This document shows positions 1 through 12,744 of a stretch of DNA of 64,000 bases, piece after piece. The notes under the pieces are model-generated. The model ran no database searches, was not told where the DNA came from, and saw only the letters and a list, made by a program, of their open reading frames with translations. Both the position numbers and the translations under genes were made by a program. Numbering within the stretch: position 1 is the stretch's first letter; every line of letters starts with the position of its first letter. The DNA comes from Callorhinchus milii (lineage: Eukaryota): assembly GCF_018977255.1 (NCBI RefSeq), contig NW_024704743.1:52268001-52332000 (forward strand), read 5' to 3'.

Positions 1-54
1 AAACATAACAACCAGTTTACACAGAGGTATGTCCCATAAACAGCCATGAAAGAA

Positions 55-375
55 TTATCATGTCATTGAGACAAGATTTTACTATGAAGTATAATGACTG
101 CGTATTTTGCAGGCATTCATGGCAGCCTATTTTACACACAACAATGTCCACCAACAGCCATGAAGTGACCAATTTTATTTAGGGGATTCCTAACCTAAAC
201 ACCAGAAGAAACTCCCCTCCCTTTTTGAATAGAGCTCTTATCTTTAATGTCCACCTGAACAGGCAGACTGGGCCTCAGTTTAACGTCTCATTCGAAAGAC
301 GGCACCTCCAACAATGCAGTGCACACCCCCATTATTGCATTGTAGTGTCAACCTAAATTCTGAGTTCAAAGTCAG
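55..375 (-). mobile_element. Deu-domain SINE, family B (old), partial
   Basis: Reverse complement contains GAATGAGACGTTAAACTGAGGCCCAGTCTGCCTGTTCAGGTGGACATTAAAGAT, matching the + strand copies at 13.9 kb and 32.3 kb. Confidence 0.8.
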
Positions 376-555
376 GATATGTTGTCCCCAATGTTGCTCA
401 CAGTAAACAAAAGCTTAACAGGTTTGTGCATTCGGAATCAAGGTTTCACATTGCCTGACGACATTTAGTCCTTTATTTTTCCAAAATTACTAATTCCTTT
501 TAGGTATCTAAGGTTTGCATTGTGATATACAAAGGGTTACTTAACATCAATACTT

Positions 556-882
556 GTGGAGTCCTGTAGCTCAGTGGTTAGAGCACTCGCTTTGCAAGCG
601 AGAGACCTGAGTTCAATTCCAGGCAGAGGGCGAAACCTTCGGCAAGTTTCCTTACTCCACACGCCTGATAATAATCCCTTCAAAAAAAAACAATAATAAA
701 TTGGTCATTTTCAATCCATGACTGTTTGTGGGACACTGCTGTGCGCAATTGACTGCCGCGTTCGCCCACAAATATACAGTCAACTCACTTTACAGTGTGT
801 TCTGTGAAGCGCTTTGGGACGTCCTCCAACGTGAAAAGCGCTATATCAAATGCAAGGATTATTATTATTATTATTATTATTA
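556..882 (+). mobile_element. Full-length young tRNA(Ala)-derived SINE, family A short form, with L2-type 3' tail
   Basis: A box TAGCTCAGTGG (567-577), anticodon arm CTCGC-TTTGCAA-GCGAG (TGC), B box GAGTTCAATTCC (609-620), body CTGTTTGTGGGACACTGCTGTGCGCAATTG, tail AGCGCTTTGGGACGTCC...GCGCTATATCAAATGCAAG+(TTA)n, possible TSD TACTT at 551-555 and 881-885. Confidence 0.92.
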
Positions 883-991
883 CTTCATTCTATCTTGAAG
901 ACAATATTGTAATTTGTGTTTACAGCTGCATGCCAGAAAATGTGATGACCTGAGACATCTTTTTGTGGATCTTTACCATGCTTGATACTGA

Positions 992-1371
992 GGTGTCAGT
1001 CTGGCTCAGTTTGTAGCATTCTTGCCTCGGGGTCAGAGGATTGTGGGTTCAAGCCCCGCATTGGAACCAGAAACTTGTGGTCCAGTGACACTCAAGTGTA
1101 ATGAATCATTGTCCCAGGTGCCATCATTTAGGTGAGCCTGTTCAGGAAGAAACTAAAGATTTATCAAAAGGATGAACTAAAGATTCTGTGAAACTATTCA
1201 AAAAGAGAAATGAGTTTCTTCTGGCCAACAATCCTCCAGAAAAAAATAAAATTTTTAATTCAATTTCATGGCTGTTTGTGGGACTGTAGATACATGGGAC
1301 TTTTCAATGCCCAGGGATGTCCTCTCAATGTGAAAGGTGCTATACAAATGTAATTTGTTATTGTTGTCGTT
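992..1371 (+). mobile_element. Deu-domain SINE, family B, degraded
   Basis: tRNA-like head TGGCTCAGTTTGTAGCA...GGGTTCAAGCCC, degraded core, L2-like tail GTGAAAGGTGCTATACAAATGTAATTTGTTATTGTTG. Confidence 0.8.
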
Positions 1372-4300
1372 ATCCTTTATCAAAAGGATGAACTTAGTAA
1401 ACCTAATTGCCATTTCGTATTTCTCTGGTTGGTCTCTGTCCTAGTTTCTGGACGTGGGTTGTTTTTTACCTTTTGTTTCCAATAGCTGAGAGCCATGGCT
1501 CTCTCTGCTTTTTTTCACTAGTTTCTGCTTGTCTTGTGTGTTGCTTTCCGATCTATCCACTGAGCACCAAGAGTAACACCACCATTGGCAAAGACATACA
1601 AATTAAACCAAAAGTTATCTGACTTTCACTGATATTCAGTTTCCAACAAATGTTTAGATTCTAGCTGGATGTTGTAAGAGATAAAACCTATGATCAGTCA
1701 TTTCTTCTTAATACATGGAATATATGCTCTTTATTCTCAGTTGTACTAAATAGTCTAACATGAAATAGCTCTGGCACGAGATCTGTTAATGTGGGCTTCA
1801 TCAAATTGGGAATTGAGTTAGCAGAAGTCTAAGTCTAGTATTAAAATATAACTCAATGTAAAAACAAAATAATTTGCATTTTTGTCTATGATACTGCTGA
1901 ATTCTACATACAGTGGTGGTGGGGAGGGTGTCAGGATTAGTGCAATATATTAAGTTATTTTGTTGGTGTCAATAATGCTCTTGATTATTCAATTCCAGCT
2001 CCTTTTACAAGGGCCCAATCAGACAGGAGTCTGCTTTCGTTCAAATAACTTACATAAAATAGGCTTCAAAAATATATTTTTATTTAAGAATTTACCAAAA
2101 TCTATACATCTAATGTGCTATATAAATACAGTAAATCTAGACACAGGTGGAATTTCACAGGTGGAATTGGAATAATATTTTTGATACTTGGCTAAACAAT
2201 GAGCCGCTTCAAATTAAGATGCCATTATTAGTCCAGTACAATATTTATCTTGTGCTTGATATTATATCAGTATTCTAATATGTGTTGTTTCTCTTCACAA
2301 ACAGAATTGACAAAAACAATTCTATGAACAATAATAATGATGTTGGCCATTAATATAAGATTTTGTTTCACTCCAGGATTTAGTGCACACGCTAAGCAGT
2401 CTGCGTTTTCAAAATCACCTCACCTGATAGCCTTCAGAACATTAATGCCATCATCTGTGACTGACTGTCAAGTTATTGGGGATAGATTCACTCATCCAAC
2501 AAGAACTGTAAAATATCATGGCTGTTGACAGCAGTGTTTTTACCCTTTAACAGTACAAATCCATGATAATATTCACCAGAGGGTTTGGTAAAATGCAGCT
2601 GGAAATGAATGGATCCAGTGCACAGTCAGGGACAAGTATGTATTAGGTGCACGGCTGGTCCATATGTCAGTATGTCAGTGGTAAAGTAAATACCCCACAG
2701 CCCTACTTCTTTTATCAGTAAAATCACTTTATTTTTGACAGCTTGATATATGCATGGAATAACTGAATGTGAAAGCTATATTATGGAAGAAAAAGATATC
2801 TGGCTGTAAACAATCTTGGGAATATTGTACCTGTTACCATGCAGTACTGTTCGAAGATGAGGAATTTATAATGGTAACTTTGTAGCAGCATAATAGCTAG
2901 CAAATAATATGGAGTATTATTCACAGAATATACTTAAAGTGAATTGACTGCATATTTTGTGGACAAAATGAGATAGCCAATTGTGCACAGCAGTGTCCCA
3001 CAAACATTCGATGATTGAGTGACCACATTTTTTTTCCCAGAATGACTGAGAAAAACTTTTTCTTTCTTTCTCAAAACCCCAAACAAGGTAACCCTTCAAA
3101 AAGTCCCCTCTGCCTCTTTTCAAGCTGCTATACCCATGACCATATTCACACTGCATCACCAATGCTGTAAGACGGTAAGCCATATTATATGCTGTATGTC
3201 ATAATTCTTCAAAGGTTTCCAAGTGAACTTCTGCAAATCCTGGCTTTAGAAAGTGAATGTTTCACTCAAAAAATGAACAGTCTATTCACTTTACAGTATA
3301 TTCTGTGAAGGGCTTTGAGACATCTCAATGGCATGATAAGACACTTATCAAGATAATGGCAAACATAGGGATTATTAATGTTGGGTGCATATTATTACAA
3401 ATGTAATTTTTTTGTTGTTGTATTGCAAATGACGTATTTCAGGAATTGATTTAGGCCATCCTACAAGCACTAAAGAGGTGTAATTTGGTTCCCGTTTAAA
3501 AATTTAGGAAGACTTTTTACTCTTCCGAAGTATCTTAATGAGCTTGTTTAGCCATAACAAGTAATGAAGGAAGTTAATTATTCAGTCATTGAGTACACAT
3601 TCCTGAGTCACATGTTGGCCATATAAAGTTGGATACATGTTCCCATCAGGCTCTTGCTGAGTTATTTTTTTGATGCTCCGATACACTGAGGAACTGACAG
3701 GCTTGTCTAGAGGAGCTGTCGCACAAATCAATGGAGTCTCAAAGACTGGGATAACTGGCAATTCATTAAAAAACACAATTTGAAAAGAAAGAAAAAGGTG
3801 CAACACAATACAGATGTATGTTAAGACCACAGCACATGTGCATTAAGGAAATTTGAAGTATTGCTGCTTTTGTCTCAATGAGGTGAAACGTATGGCATAT
3901 GATGTGATAATTAACACTTTGCTGACAATTGCAGTTGAATCAGTCGATCGCTAGACAAGTATCACAAATGTGAACACCCTCACCTTTTCTCTTCTTTGGT
4001 ACAATATTTGAGAACAAAGCTAATCCAAAAACTCCAGCGATCATTCATGGAGCACAGAGTTTAATGTAGTGGTGAAGTGGGTAGCCCAGAGTGGGTGGGC
4101 CTGGGTGCTAATTGGGTGAACTGTGGGCTCCCTAAGCCTACTTATGGCCGCATCTCTGGCTTAAGGGTCTTTTTATATGAAACCAATTGAACCCAGGTTG
4201 AATTAACTTCTGAAGTACTTCAACAAGTTTATTTAGTAAAAACTCAGAATGACTTAAGTCCCGAAATGGGATTTTGAACTCATACAGTGGACGTCAGCAG

Positions 4301-5399
4301 GACTGCCGCAATTCACCTCTTCCACTTTCCTTGGTCTGTACAGAAAGATTCCGCTTAGCGATTCCATGTCATGTTTTATAATGAGACGCTGCAGTTTGTT
4401 ATCTTGATTGAATTCTAAACAAAACTGAAGCAGTCGGAAGTTAGGGGCACCTGAAAGATTATTTCAAATCACAGATAGGGTCACCTTCAAGATCTGGGTA
4501 TACACATAGAGAGGTCATCCATCATCACAATTTTATTTCCAATCCCCAACCCCTCCCCCCGGAACGGCAAAATATGCCAATTTCAAAATTTGTTACCGCA
4601 AATTATGGTGATGAGAGGTACCTGTCCAGTGAAATGGACAAAGCATTGCAAGAAAGGGAAAAGATTACATTAGAAAATTGTCAAAACTCGTCACAACTAA
4701 CTGTTATTAGCTAGTCTGTCGCAACCATGCATTTCAACACTTGAAACAGTAGCCAGGTCAGATATTTCTTACTTTAAGACTGCATGCTTGAACCTCTGTC
4801 AGGTATTCATTGCAAAAGGTTATCCTGCCTGAAAACTCTTTATATCCTTTCCTTCATTGCTAATCTCTCAAAAAAAAGGAGTGAAATGAACTGTCTAAAT
4901 CTGCTTCTTACACATTAAGTGAAAAATGGGGATTCTCATTTATGAATGTTTAACGCAACGAAGGAGCCTGAATCCTTTGTAAATCAAACCATTAAAAAAC
5001 ATTGTTTCAATTTAAGATGTTTTGTTCTTCAATATCTATTTCTTGTCATTTCAACTGTATGAATGTAAGTTCGGTTCAATTACACTGTCCAACTCAGTAA
5101 CTCTCCTTGACAATACCCTGAGGATTTTATCATTACTTATCAGTTGTAAATTTAAAGGATTCATAGAAACAGGCAAACAAATAAATAAAAAGGCCATCAC
5201 AGAGAATTGGATTTTATTTAATATTTGGGTCTAATTTGCCAGATTCAGAAAATGATCCATAAATAGTACCCAGGTGTGACTCAAAGTAACCGTGTGAAAC
5301 TCCACTCGGATCGTGATCTCAATTAGCCAAGCCAGATTGTGGCCAAAGGTGGCTTGTGGGTCCTGGGACGGCAAGAGATCACAATTTCAACCGGCTGAA

Positions 5400-5715
5400 G
5401 CAATGCAGTTTTAGCTAGTTAAACTCTAGCAGAACTGCAACACCCATTTTGGGGTCTCAGGTCCTGATTCTCACCAGGCCATGCCTAGAATTAGATAAGC
5501 AACAACAACAACAACAAATTACATTTGTATAGTGCCTTTCTCGTCAGGAGGACATCCCAAGGCGCTGGAAGCAGCGGGCAACCCTCCAAGGAAAGAATGC
5601 ATATTTCATTCCAGACACAAGAAAGTTCTCATGTGCAGGTCATATACATATATGGAATGTTCCCATCTGCTTTGGATACTCTTAAGCATGGTGAAGGGTT
5701 TCCACATATGTTAGA
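5400..5715 (+). repeat. Unclassified ancient repeat family C fragment, interrupted by an antisense L2 3' tail (5500-5575)
   Basis: TTTTAGCTAGTTAAACTC and CTTAAGCATGGTGAAGGGTTTCCACATATG are shared with copies at 33.5, 48.6, 56.1, 59.1 and 63.3 kb. Confidence 0.7.
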
Positions 5716-5865
5716 TGAACACACGCCTGATCAAAATAAAAACCCTGAGGCACATCCAGGTAGCGCAGGCTCCATTGTTTACAAATCGTTTTGCAAATCT
5801 TGTCAATTCGATCCATTTATTATCTTAACCTTTGTTTCTTTTCAAGTTTGAAAATGATATTAATA

Positions 5866-5985
5866 ATAATAAAAATAATAATAATCCATGCATTTGATAT
5901 AGCACCTTATCATGTCTTCACAACGTCTCAAAGCACTTCACAGAATATACTGTAAAGTGAATTGACACTATATTTTGTGGGCGCA
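5866..5985 (-). mobile_element. 5'-truncated SINE 3' tail
   Basis: (AAT)n CCATGCATTTGATATAGCACCTTATCATG...CTCAAAGCACTTCACAGAATATACTGTAAAGTG is the reverse complement of the SINE tail. Confidence 0.85.
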
Positions 5986-8900
5986 AACAATGGAAAATTC
6001 TTACATTTAGTCATAGCTTCATAGCCCGTTTTCTGTAGTTCCTAAAATAATCTGCTAGGTTTTCTTTACCCAGAGGATAATTAATGACTGGAACAATTTG
6101 TCAGAATAGATGTCAGTTCAATGGACTCAACAAAAAAAACAGCCTGATGCTGTGATGGGAGGACGATATAGTGGGTATTCTGAAGGGATTAAACAAATGG
6201 GCCAATCTAACCCTTATGATGTTATGATGAGAATAATTTGGAATGAAGTGAATTTAACAAAACAAATGTGGCAGCTAACCCAACAAACCTCTCATTTAAA
6301 GCATTTCCAATATACAATATTGTGTTCTGATATTGTGAGACTGAACACCTCAAACATGCACTGGCATGTTGTTTTAGTCAGTTGTGTCTCTCAGTCTCCC
6401 AACCAGGCAGAACAGATTGTCAATGCTGCACAAGAGGGAAGCCTGCAGTCTGGTAGCAATAGTGTTGCCTCTGCAGCTCCGATATTGGTTACTTCTCAGG
6501 GAGTCTCTCTATAGGGTGATTTATCACCTTATCCAGTACAAAACATCAAAATTGCTGGCTCCCATTTTCCGCAGTCTACCAAATGTCATTTGTATGGTAC
6601 TGTATTGTGTTACACTTGCTACACCAACAGTTCCTGAGCTCAAGACATCCCTCTCTTCATCTCATCTCTTCCTCCTTCATTTGCTTTCCTTCCTTTTACT
6701 AGCTCCAACTTGGTGCTGGTATTTTATGCTCCCTGAGCAGTGGAATCAGATATTGTTTTTTCCTTAATGGTCTTTACCAGAGTTTTAACCTGGTTTAATG
6801 GCCTTTTCCTTTTTACACAAACAGTTTTTGCTGGTTTTCGAGTGAAACTATTCCAGGAGTTCAGCTGAACATGGATAAATTGCACACTAGTGCAAACTGC
6901 CAAATAACATCCCTGTTTACACAGGTCCACAGATTTTCTCAGGAAGAGGTGGTACATGGAGACCAGGCATTATCAAATAGCGAGCGAGGTGGAAAAAAAG
7001 AGTCCAAAGGTTAAGCCTATCTTTCTGTTTGGTCCAGCACTAAAAGGAGATTTAAGGGAAGTTTGGATGCCTCCTCAGTCAGAAATTGCAAGAAATGCAC
7101 ACCAGAAAGCCAAAGAACCAAATATTCATTCATTGCAAGTAATGGCATTTTAAGAGCAATATGACCAGGTGTCCTGTCCTGAGCCACAAACCAATCCCAC
7201 CTCTATATTTACAACTCAAAGTTAAACAATTGAGAGGCACTAAATCCCTTCAATGATTTGTTTCCTACGCTTTGCATTATAACACCCATTATGCGAGATC
7301 TGCGGAAATAAAACTCCTGTTTCAACACTAGTGCCGTCTCAATGAAGCAGTGAGATCACCAGATGGTTTGCCCAAGCCTCCCAGGCGGAAAGAAAAAAAA
7401 CATAAAAAATCATTAAAGAAATAATTTCTTAAATCAAACACATAACTTGAATATTATAAGCAGAAATACTCCTTAGACAGCTGTATGATACACATTTTAT
7501 TTCCACTCATGAGGTTGGTCATAATTCATTCATGACTTTGTCGCTGGTGAGATATCGCATCACTTATGGAAATATAAATCATATCAAGCAGAACTCCATG
7601 AAGCATCTTATATTTGTTCTGTATTAAAGGGGGAGTTATTATTTTAAATCATTGATTTCTCCCATACTTTTTATGACCAATGGATCCTTGTTAATCAAAA
7701 TTATTTGAAATAAAATTGAGTTGCTATTAAAACTGCATTCCACACATCATCCCAATTTAACAAATCATTGTTTTCCTCTAATTACGCTGTGTTATTCCAG
7801 TTTTACACAACCTGCACAGTTGTTTGGAAAATACCCACATCATAATGTTTCTTAATCTGTTTACATACAAAAGAAATGCTGTGGGCCAACTGGGATTTAC
7901 AAAATTAGAAAGCAAACTGGAATAGCTCCACCTCTGATAATTAAGCCTTTTTAAGTGCAGAAAATACATGTGGGTATATTTAAATAAAGCACAGAATTCA
8001 CAAGGCAGTAATACACAGAGGTTAGGTCTAGTGGCAGATACAAATAGCACTAGCCCCTTTCCATTTCTCAAATCCATTTTAAATTAATAAGAATGTTAGT
8101 TTCTGTTCTTCATCCTCAAAGCAGTCCTCTGCATATTCATTTAATGTTATATTGATGGATTAAATTATCCAGAGCTCAAAATCAATCCAGCGTATATTTA
8201 TTAGACTGGACTAATCCCCTAGTGGGGATAAAGCGCAGAAAATGCATTTAGAGACGCTGATAAGGCAGGCCCCATTATATGTCATTTTAAACAAAGAGCA
8301 AAAAAAGCCTTTGGAGACGCTCTATCAGCTATTAAACAGAGACATTTCATGCGCAAGGAGATTGATGATTAGCATTTCCGATCCTGGGAAATGGTTCTCC
8401 CCTCACTGATGATAACCACTAAATGCCGGCTCATTTCTCAGACACAATTATTTCTGCTGTTTTACTGGCAGATAGATGCCTAGGCCTGGTTTGTATCCTT
8501 TTGTCTCCTAGTCAGTGTCATTACTTATAAGTGGGCAATGCTACATCAAAGGAGAACTAGGAAATAGTAACGTTAGCTCAAGTTGTTCAATAGATAGACA
8601 GTTCAGGAGATACATGCAGCCACAGCAGCCCCCGGAGGAAGTCCACTCCAGGGAATCAACTTTGGTGACAAATCATACTTAACAATAGTTAGATTGGGAT
8701 TTTTTTTACAGATCAGGTTGGTTTTTGGAGCCTAAGCCACTTATAGTGATAGTCCTAATTCTAACTCTTTTAACCCAGCACGCTTAGTTTAAGTACTCCA
8801 ATACGTTATTCTACGTGAAGGGTGTTATACAAATTCAAGTTGGTGATGTTGTTGGTAATCCAGTATAGTGTACTTAATGTAATATTTAATTCTACAGGTC

Positions 8901-9068
8901 AAAAATACAATTGATGGCTTTTCCACAGGGAAGATTACAGTTTCACTGAAAAGTTCAAAAGTGCATTATTTTTCTCATGTGGGAATCAATAGGGTCAAAG
9001 AACTAATTGAACATAGGGCTGGGCTAGAGCATCATTTGATGATCTATTAAACAGAAAGCATGGTCAAC

Positions 9069-9420
9069 AGTCTAGGCTGAAACTCAGTGCAGTGCTGGGT
9101 GAGTGAGCCCTACATTGTCAGAGGTGTCATCCTTCTGGTGAGATGTTAAATCGAGCTCTAATCCCCCTATTCAGGTTGACGTTAAAGATCCCATGGCATG
9201 TTTTGAAAAGAAAAGAGATTTTCTCCCAGTGATCTGGCCAATAATTCCCCAGATAAAAAATGGGTATTCACTTCATGACTGTTTGTGGGACATTACAAAT
9301 TGACTGCAGTGTTTTCCTACAAAATATATATTCTTTACACTTTACAGTAAATTTGTGAAGCATTTTGAGACAACTCGACAATATGATAAGAAGCTTAATC
9401 AAATGCAAGGATTATTATCA
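9069..9420 (+). mobile_element. Deu-domain SINE, family B, head-truncated
   Basis: GGTGAGATGTTAAATCGAG...GACGTTAAAGATCCCATGGCA core and CAAATGCAAGGATTATTA tail. Confidence 0.85.
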
Positions 9421-9465
9421 ATAATAGAATGCTTGCTGGAGCCACATGGTGATACACTGCAGAGT

Positions 9466-9935
9466 AACAACACCAACAAATTGCATTTATATAGCACCTT
9501 TCACATGAGAGGACGTCCAAAGGGGCTGGATAGTCGACCATTTGCTCCTGAGCTGGCGGTTGGATTCAGGAGGAGTGGGGGCCAAGGGGGTGGGAGTTAG
9601 GGGGGGAAGATTACTGAAAGTGCGGGCAAAGAGGAAGCTCCTGAAGGGGACTTTGACGGAAGGAGTCAGGCAAAAGAACTCCAGGATGAAATCAAAGAGA
9701 GTGGAGGCAGAAAGGCTGAAAGCTCGACCGCTGATGGTGGAGTAGGCAGGGCGTGGGATGTGAAGCAAGCAAGTGCCTGCTAAGTGGATGGAGCAGGCGG
9801 GTTAGTAGGGTTCAAGAAGGTCCAGAGGACGGGAGGGACAAGACCGCTGAGGGATTTAAAAGTGAGGACAAGGATCTTGAACTCAATCCTCTGGGAGATG
9901 GGGAGCCAATGGAGCCGGGCAAGATTGAGGGTTAT
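9466..9935 (-). mobile_element. L2 LINE 3' fragment
   Basis: Tail (CAA)n ATTGCATTTATATAGCACCTTTCAC; translation LHIPRPAYSTISGRAFSLSA is homologous to the C-terminus of the 19.4 kb L2 ORF. Confidence 0.9.
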
Positions 9936-10752
9936 TATAAGCTCGTGGAGCTTGGCGTTGCATCTATGATTCTCAGTGCAGCGAGCTGCACGATGGAGGC
10001 TAGAGATTCAAGAGAGCAGAGTCTGTCTCCACTCCCCACCCACCCAGAACATTCACTCATACCACCAGCAACCCAATCTGAAGTGGATTTCCCACAGCCA
10101 CTCCAAGTCGTGGAATTATACTTAGCCAAGCCAAGTGCCAATGAGTCGCAAAATTAACTTCATAACTTTAAAAATAGGCTGTTCAACTTTAAGCTTGTTT
10201 TTTTTAAATAAAAACCTGTTTGAATTTAATTTCAACCGATTCTAATCTCATTCAGTTCGAGCAAATTCCTAATACAGTAATATCCTCATCTATGTAAATA
10301 GCTCCTTTCACAAGCATTAATAGTTCAGCTGTACTGTTATATACAGGTCTGATTATGCACAGCTTTTTTTTTCTCTTCCAGCCTGCACATAATAGAAATC
10401 TGTGTGTTTTCACATGACTTGCTTTGTCAGTTCCTGGTGAAAACACAGAGCTATGTGTTACATGGGCCAAGCACTTCAGTATTGCTTCCCGTACTGCGGG
10501 CCAATTGGAAGGCTTATCAAGGATGTAAGCTGTTCTGTGGAAGTAGTGATAACATTCTCAAAAAGAAAACAAGCACTGAAACTGCACAGAAAATTAGATG
10601 TGTGGGAGAGACTTACAAGGCTAGCCAGTCAGAGGTTTCAGATAACCACCTCCTGGCAGGAATGTTACCAGACCCCTGCCTCTGGCTCTCTGTAAGACAG
10701 TCCTTAGGATGTATGCTTTGGATCCTTCTCTCACTCCTTCCCTCTAAAAAGA

Positions 10753-11077
10753 GCCTCTCAAAGCAGCAAACATTTCCATATATACAGCACCATTTATGTG
10801 AAAGAACGTCACAATAATACTACTATTAATAATCCTTGCATTTGTTATAGTGCCTTTCCTATTGGGAGGATAATAATAATAATAATAATCCTTGCCTTTG
10901 ATATAGCGCTTTTCACGTCTTCTCGACGTCTCAAAGCGCTTCACGGAATAGACTGTAAAGTGAATTGACCGTATATTTGTGGGCGAAACATGGCTCTGTT
11001 ACTAATAGTATATTATTGTGACGTTCCTTCACATAAATGGTGCTGTATATATGGAAATGTTTGCTGCTTTGAGAGGC
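10753..11077. repeat. ~76-bp near-perfect inverted repeat (10753-10828 and 11003-11077) enclosing antisense SINE tails
   Basis: GCCTCTCAAAGCAGCAAACATTTCCATATATACAGCACCATTTATGTGAA... and its reverse complement are both present; the ORF track shows HINGAVYMEMFAALRG on both strands. Confidence 0.95.
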
Positions 11078-11131
11078 ACTGATATCACTGATGTCTCAAA
11101 GCCTCAAAGCGGGATTTACTGTGAAGTGGAT

Positions 11132-11716
11132 TATAGAACTGGTGAATACTCACTTCCCAGTTCAGATGAGAAACAAGCTGTGTGTGTAACAAACAACATC
11201 CTAAACAACAGGAGAAGTAAATAATCCACTCAAAATGGATGAATCAATGCTGGGATATGGAATCTGTTTGGCTTTCGAAGATATTCATGACCCGAAATTA
11301 TCCCCATTCCCAGCAACTAAATGTGTATGGTGGCATCCCATGCACAACACAATATCACTGGTTCTGCAAATTTGAGGAAACACACCTGGGAAAACCACAC
11401 ATTTTCTAAGTTATGCACTGGGCTGCACTGAGGCTTCACCTTCAGCCTAAACCCAGCTTTAGAAGTGTCTGAGGTATGATTAAAGACATAGGATTTCAGG
11501 AGACTTTTAAAAATAGTGAAAGGCAACAATAGCAAGGAAGGCAGTTTTGGAAGAGAAGATGCGGAGGACATGGAGGCTGAAGGTCGATCTCCAACAGTCG
11601 AATAGTGAAGTGGGAATCAAGCATTAGCATTGAGTTAAAAGATCAACAGGTTCAGCCTGGACTATAGAACTGGTGAATACTCACTTCCCAGTTCAGATGA
11701 GAAACAAGCTGTGTGT
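11132..11716 (+). repeat. 54-bp exact direct repeat (11132-11185 and 11663-11716)
   Basis: TATAGAACTGGTGAATACTCACTTCCCAGTTCAGATGAGAAACAAGCTGTGTGT occurs twice, offset by 531 bp. Confidence 0.95.
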
Positions 11717-12717
11717 ATTTTCTTACCATTATCACAGGTATTACTGGGCATACTGTGCACAGCTGAGCCATTGTGATATCAAAGGATATAGTATATTGAA
11801 GCACTTTTTTCCAGCTGCTATCTATCAATTTAGGATTATTTTATAGGATGGATGCCTCTTATCTCAGCACACTGTAAACCCTGCAGTTCATATTCCGATG
11901 TTAGCAGGTTGAACAATGTGTGCTATGATTACATTACACATTAATCCTATTGTACTGGATCATGGATTACCCACCACATAATAAGAGATAATAAATCCTG
12001 CCAGGTCTAAAATAGTACAGTATACTTACACTTAGTGGGAGAAATTGTCTTTAAGCTCCTCTTAAATACCCCAATTTAGAAGAGACTAGAGAAACTGGAG
12101 CTATTTTCACTAGAACAAAGAAGGTTGAGCAGAGATAGAAGTATTGAAACTTATGAGGGGTTGACATGATTCTAGTATTCTGTTACTTGTGCAGCAAACA
12201 GGAAGTGAGATTGACCATGAACTGGAAGTAGGCCAATAATTTCCAGAGGGGAACAAGCCAGCATGTAGGGAGTGAATGGATCCTAACCACCAGGTTATAA
12301 TTGGGCTCCAGCGTATTTGGACTGAACAGTGAGTCAGAAACAAAAGCAGGCGATGGGAGAATTGTTTTAAATAGAAGTCCCTACTAAAAATGATGGTTTA
12401 AGTATAATCCATAATAGTTTTTAAAAAGGATTTGGGCAATCATTTGTAAAAAGTCAAATATAAATGAATATGCGGAGAGTATGGAGGAATGGGATAGTTC
12501 TGTCAGAGAGAAGGCACGGAGCTGTATGGCCTCCTGGCCTGTAAAATTGGATAACTTTATGAAATTAATCAACATTTCATAAATGTTACTGCATTTCCTC
12601 ACCAAATGGTGGCTATCACAGGCACATGCCACTGACAGTCAGTGAACTAGAACACATTGGTGTAAATGTATGGTTTGCATGCAGAGGGCATACTGATATA
12701 TTCTTTTTATAACACAG

Positions 12718-12744
12718 ATGTGTCTTTCCGGCATTCAAACATCT
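12718..12744 (+). other. Candidate 27-nt microexon
   Basis: Branch-like TACTGAT, pyrimidine tract TTCTTTTTATAACACAG, donor TCT|GTAAGT, upstream TGCATG at 12676-12681; no host gene recognised. Confidence 0.35.

Noticed and set aside
556..630. tRNA-Ala(TGC) gene
   Set aside because: The acceptor stem does not close, there is no T-run terminator, and the sequence continues into a SINE body repeated many times in the window
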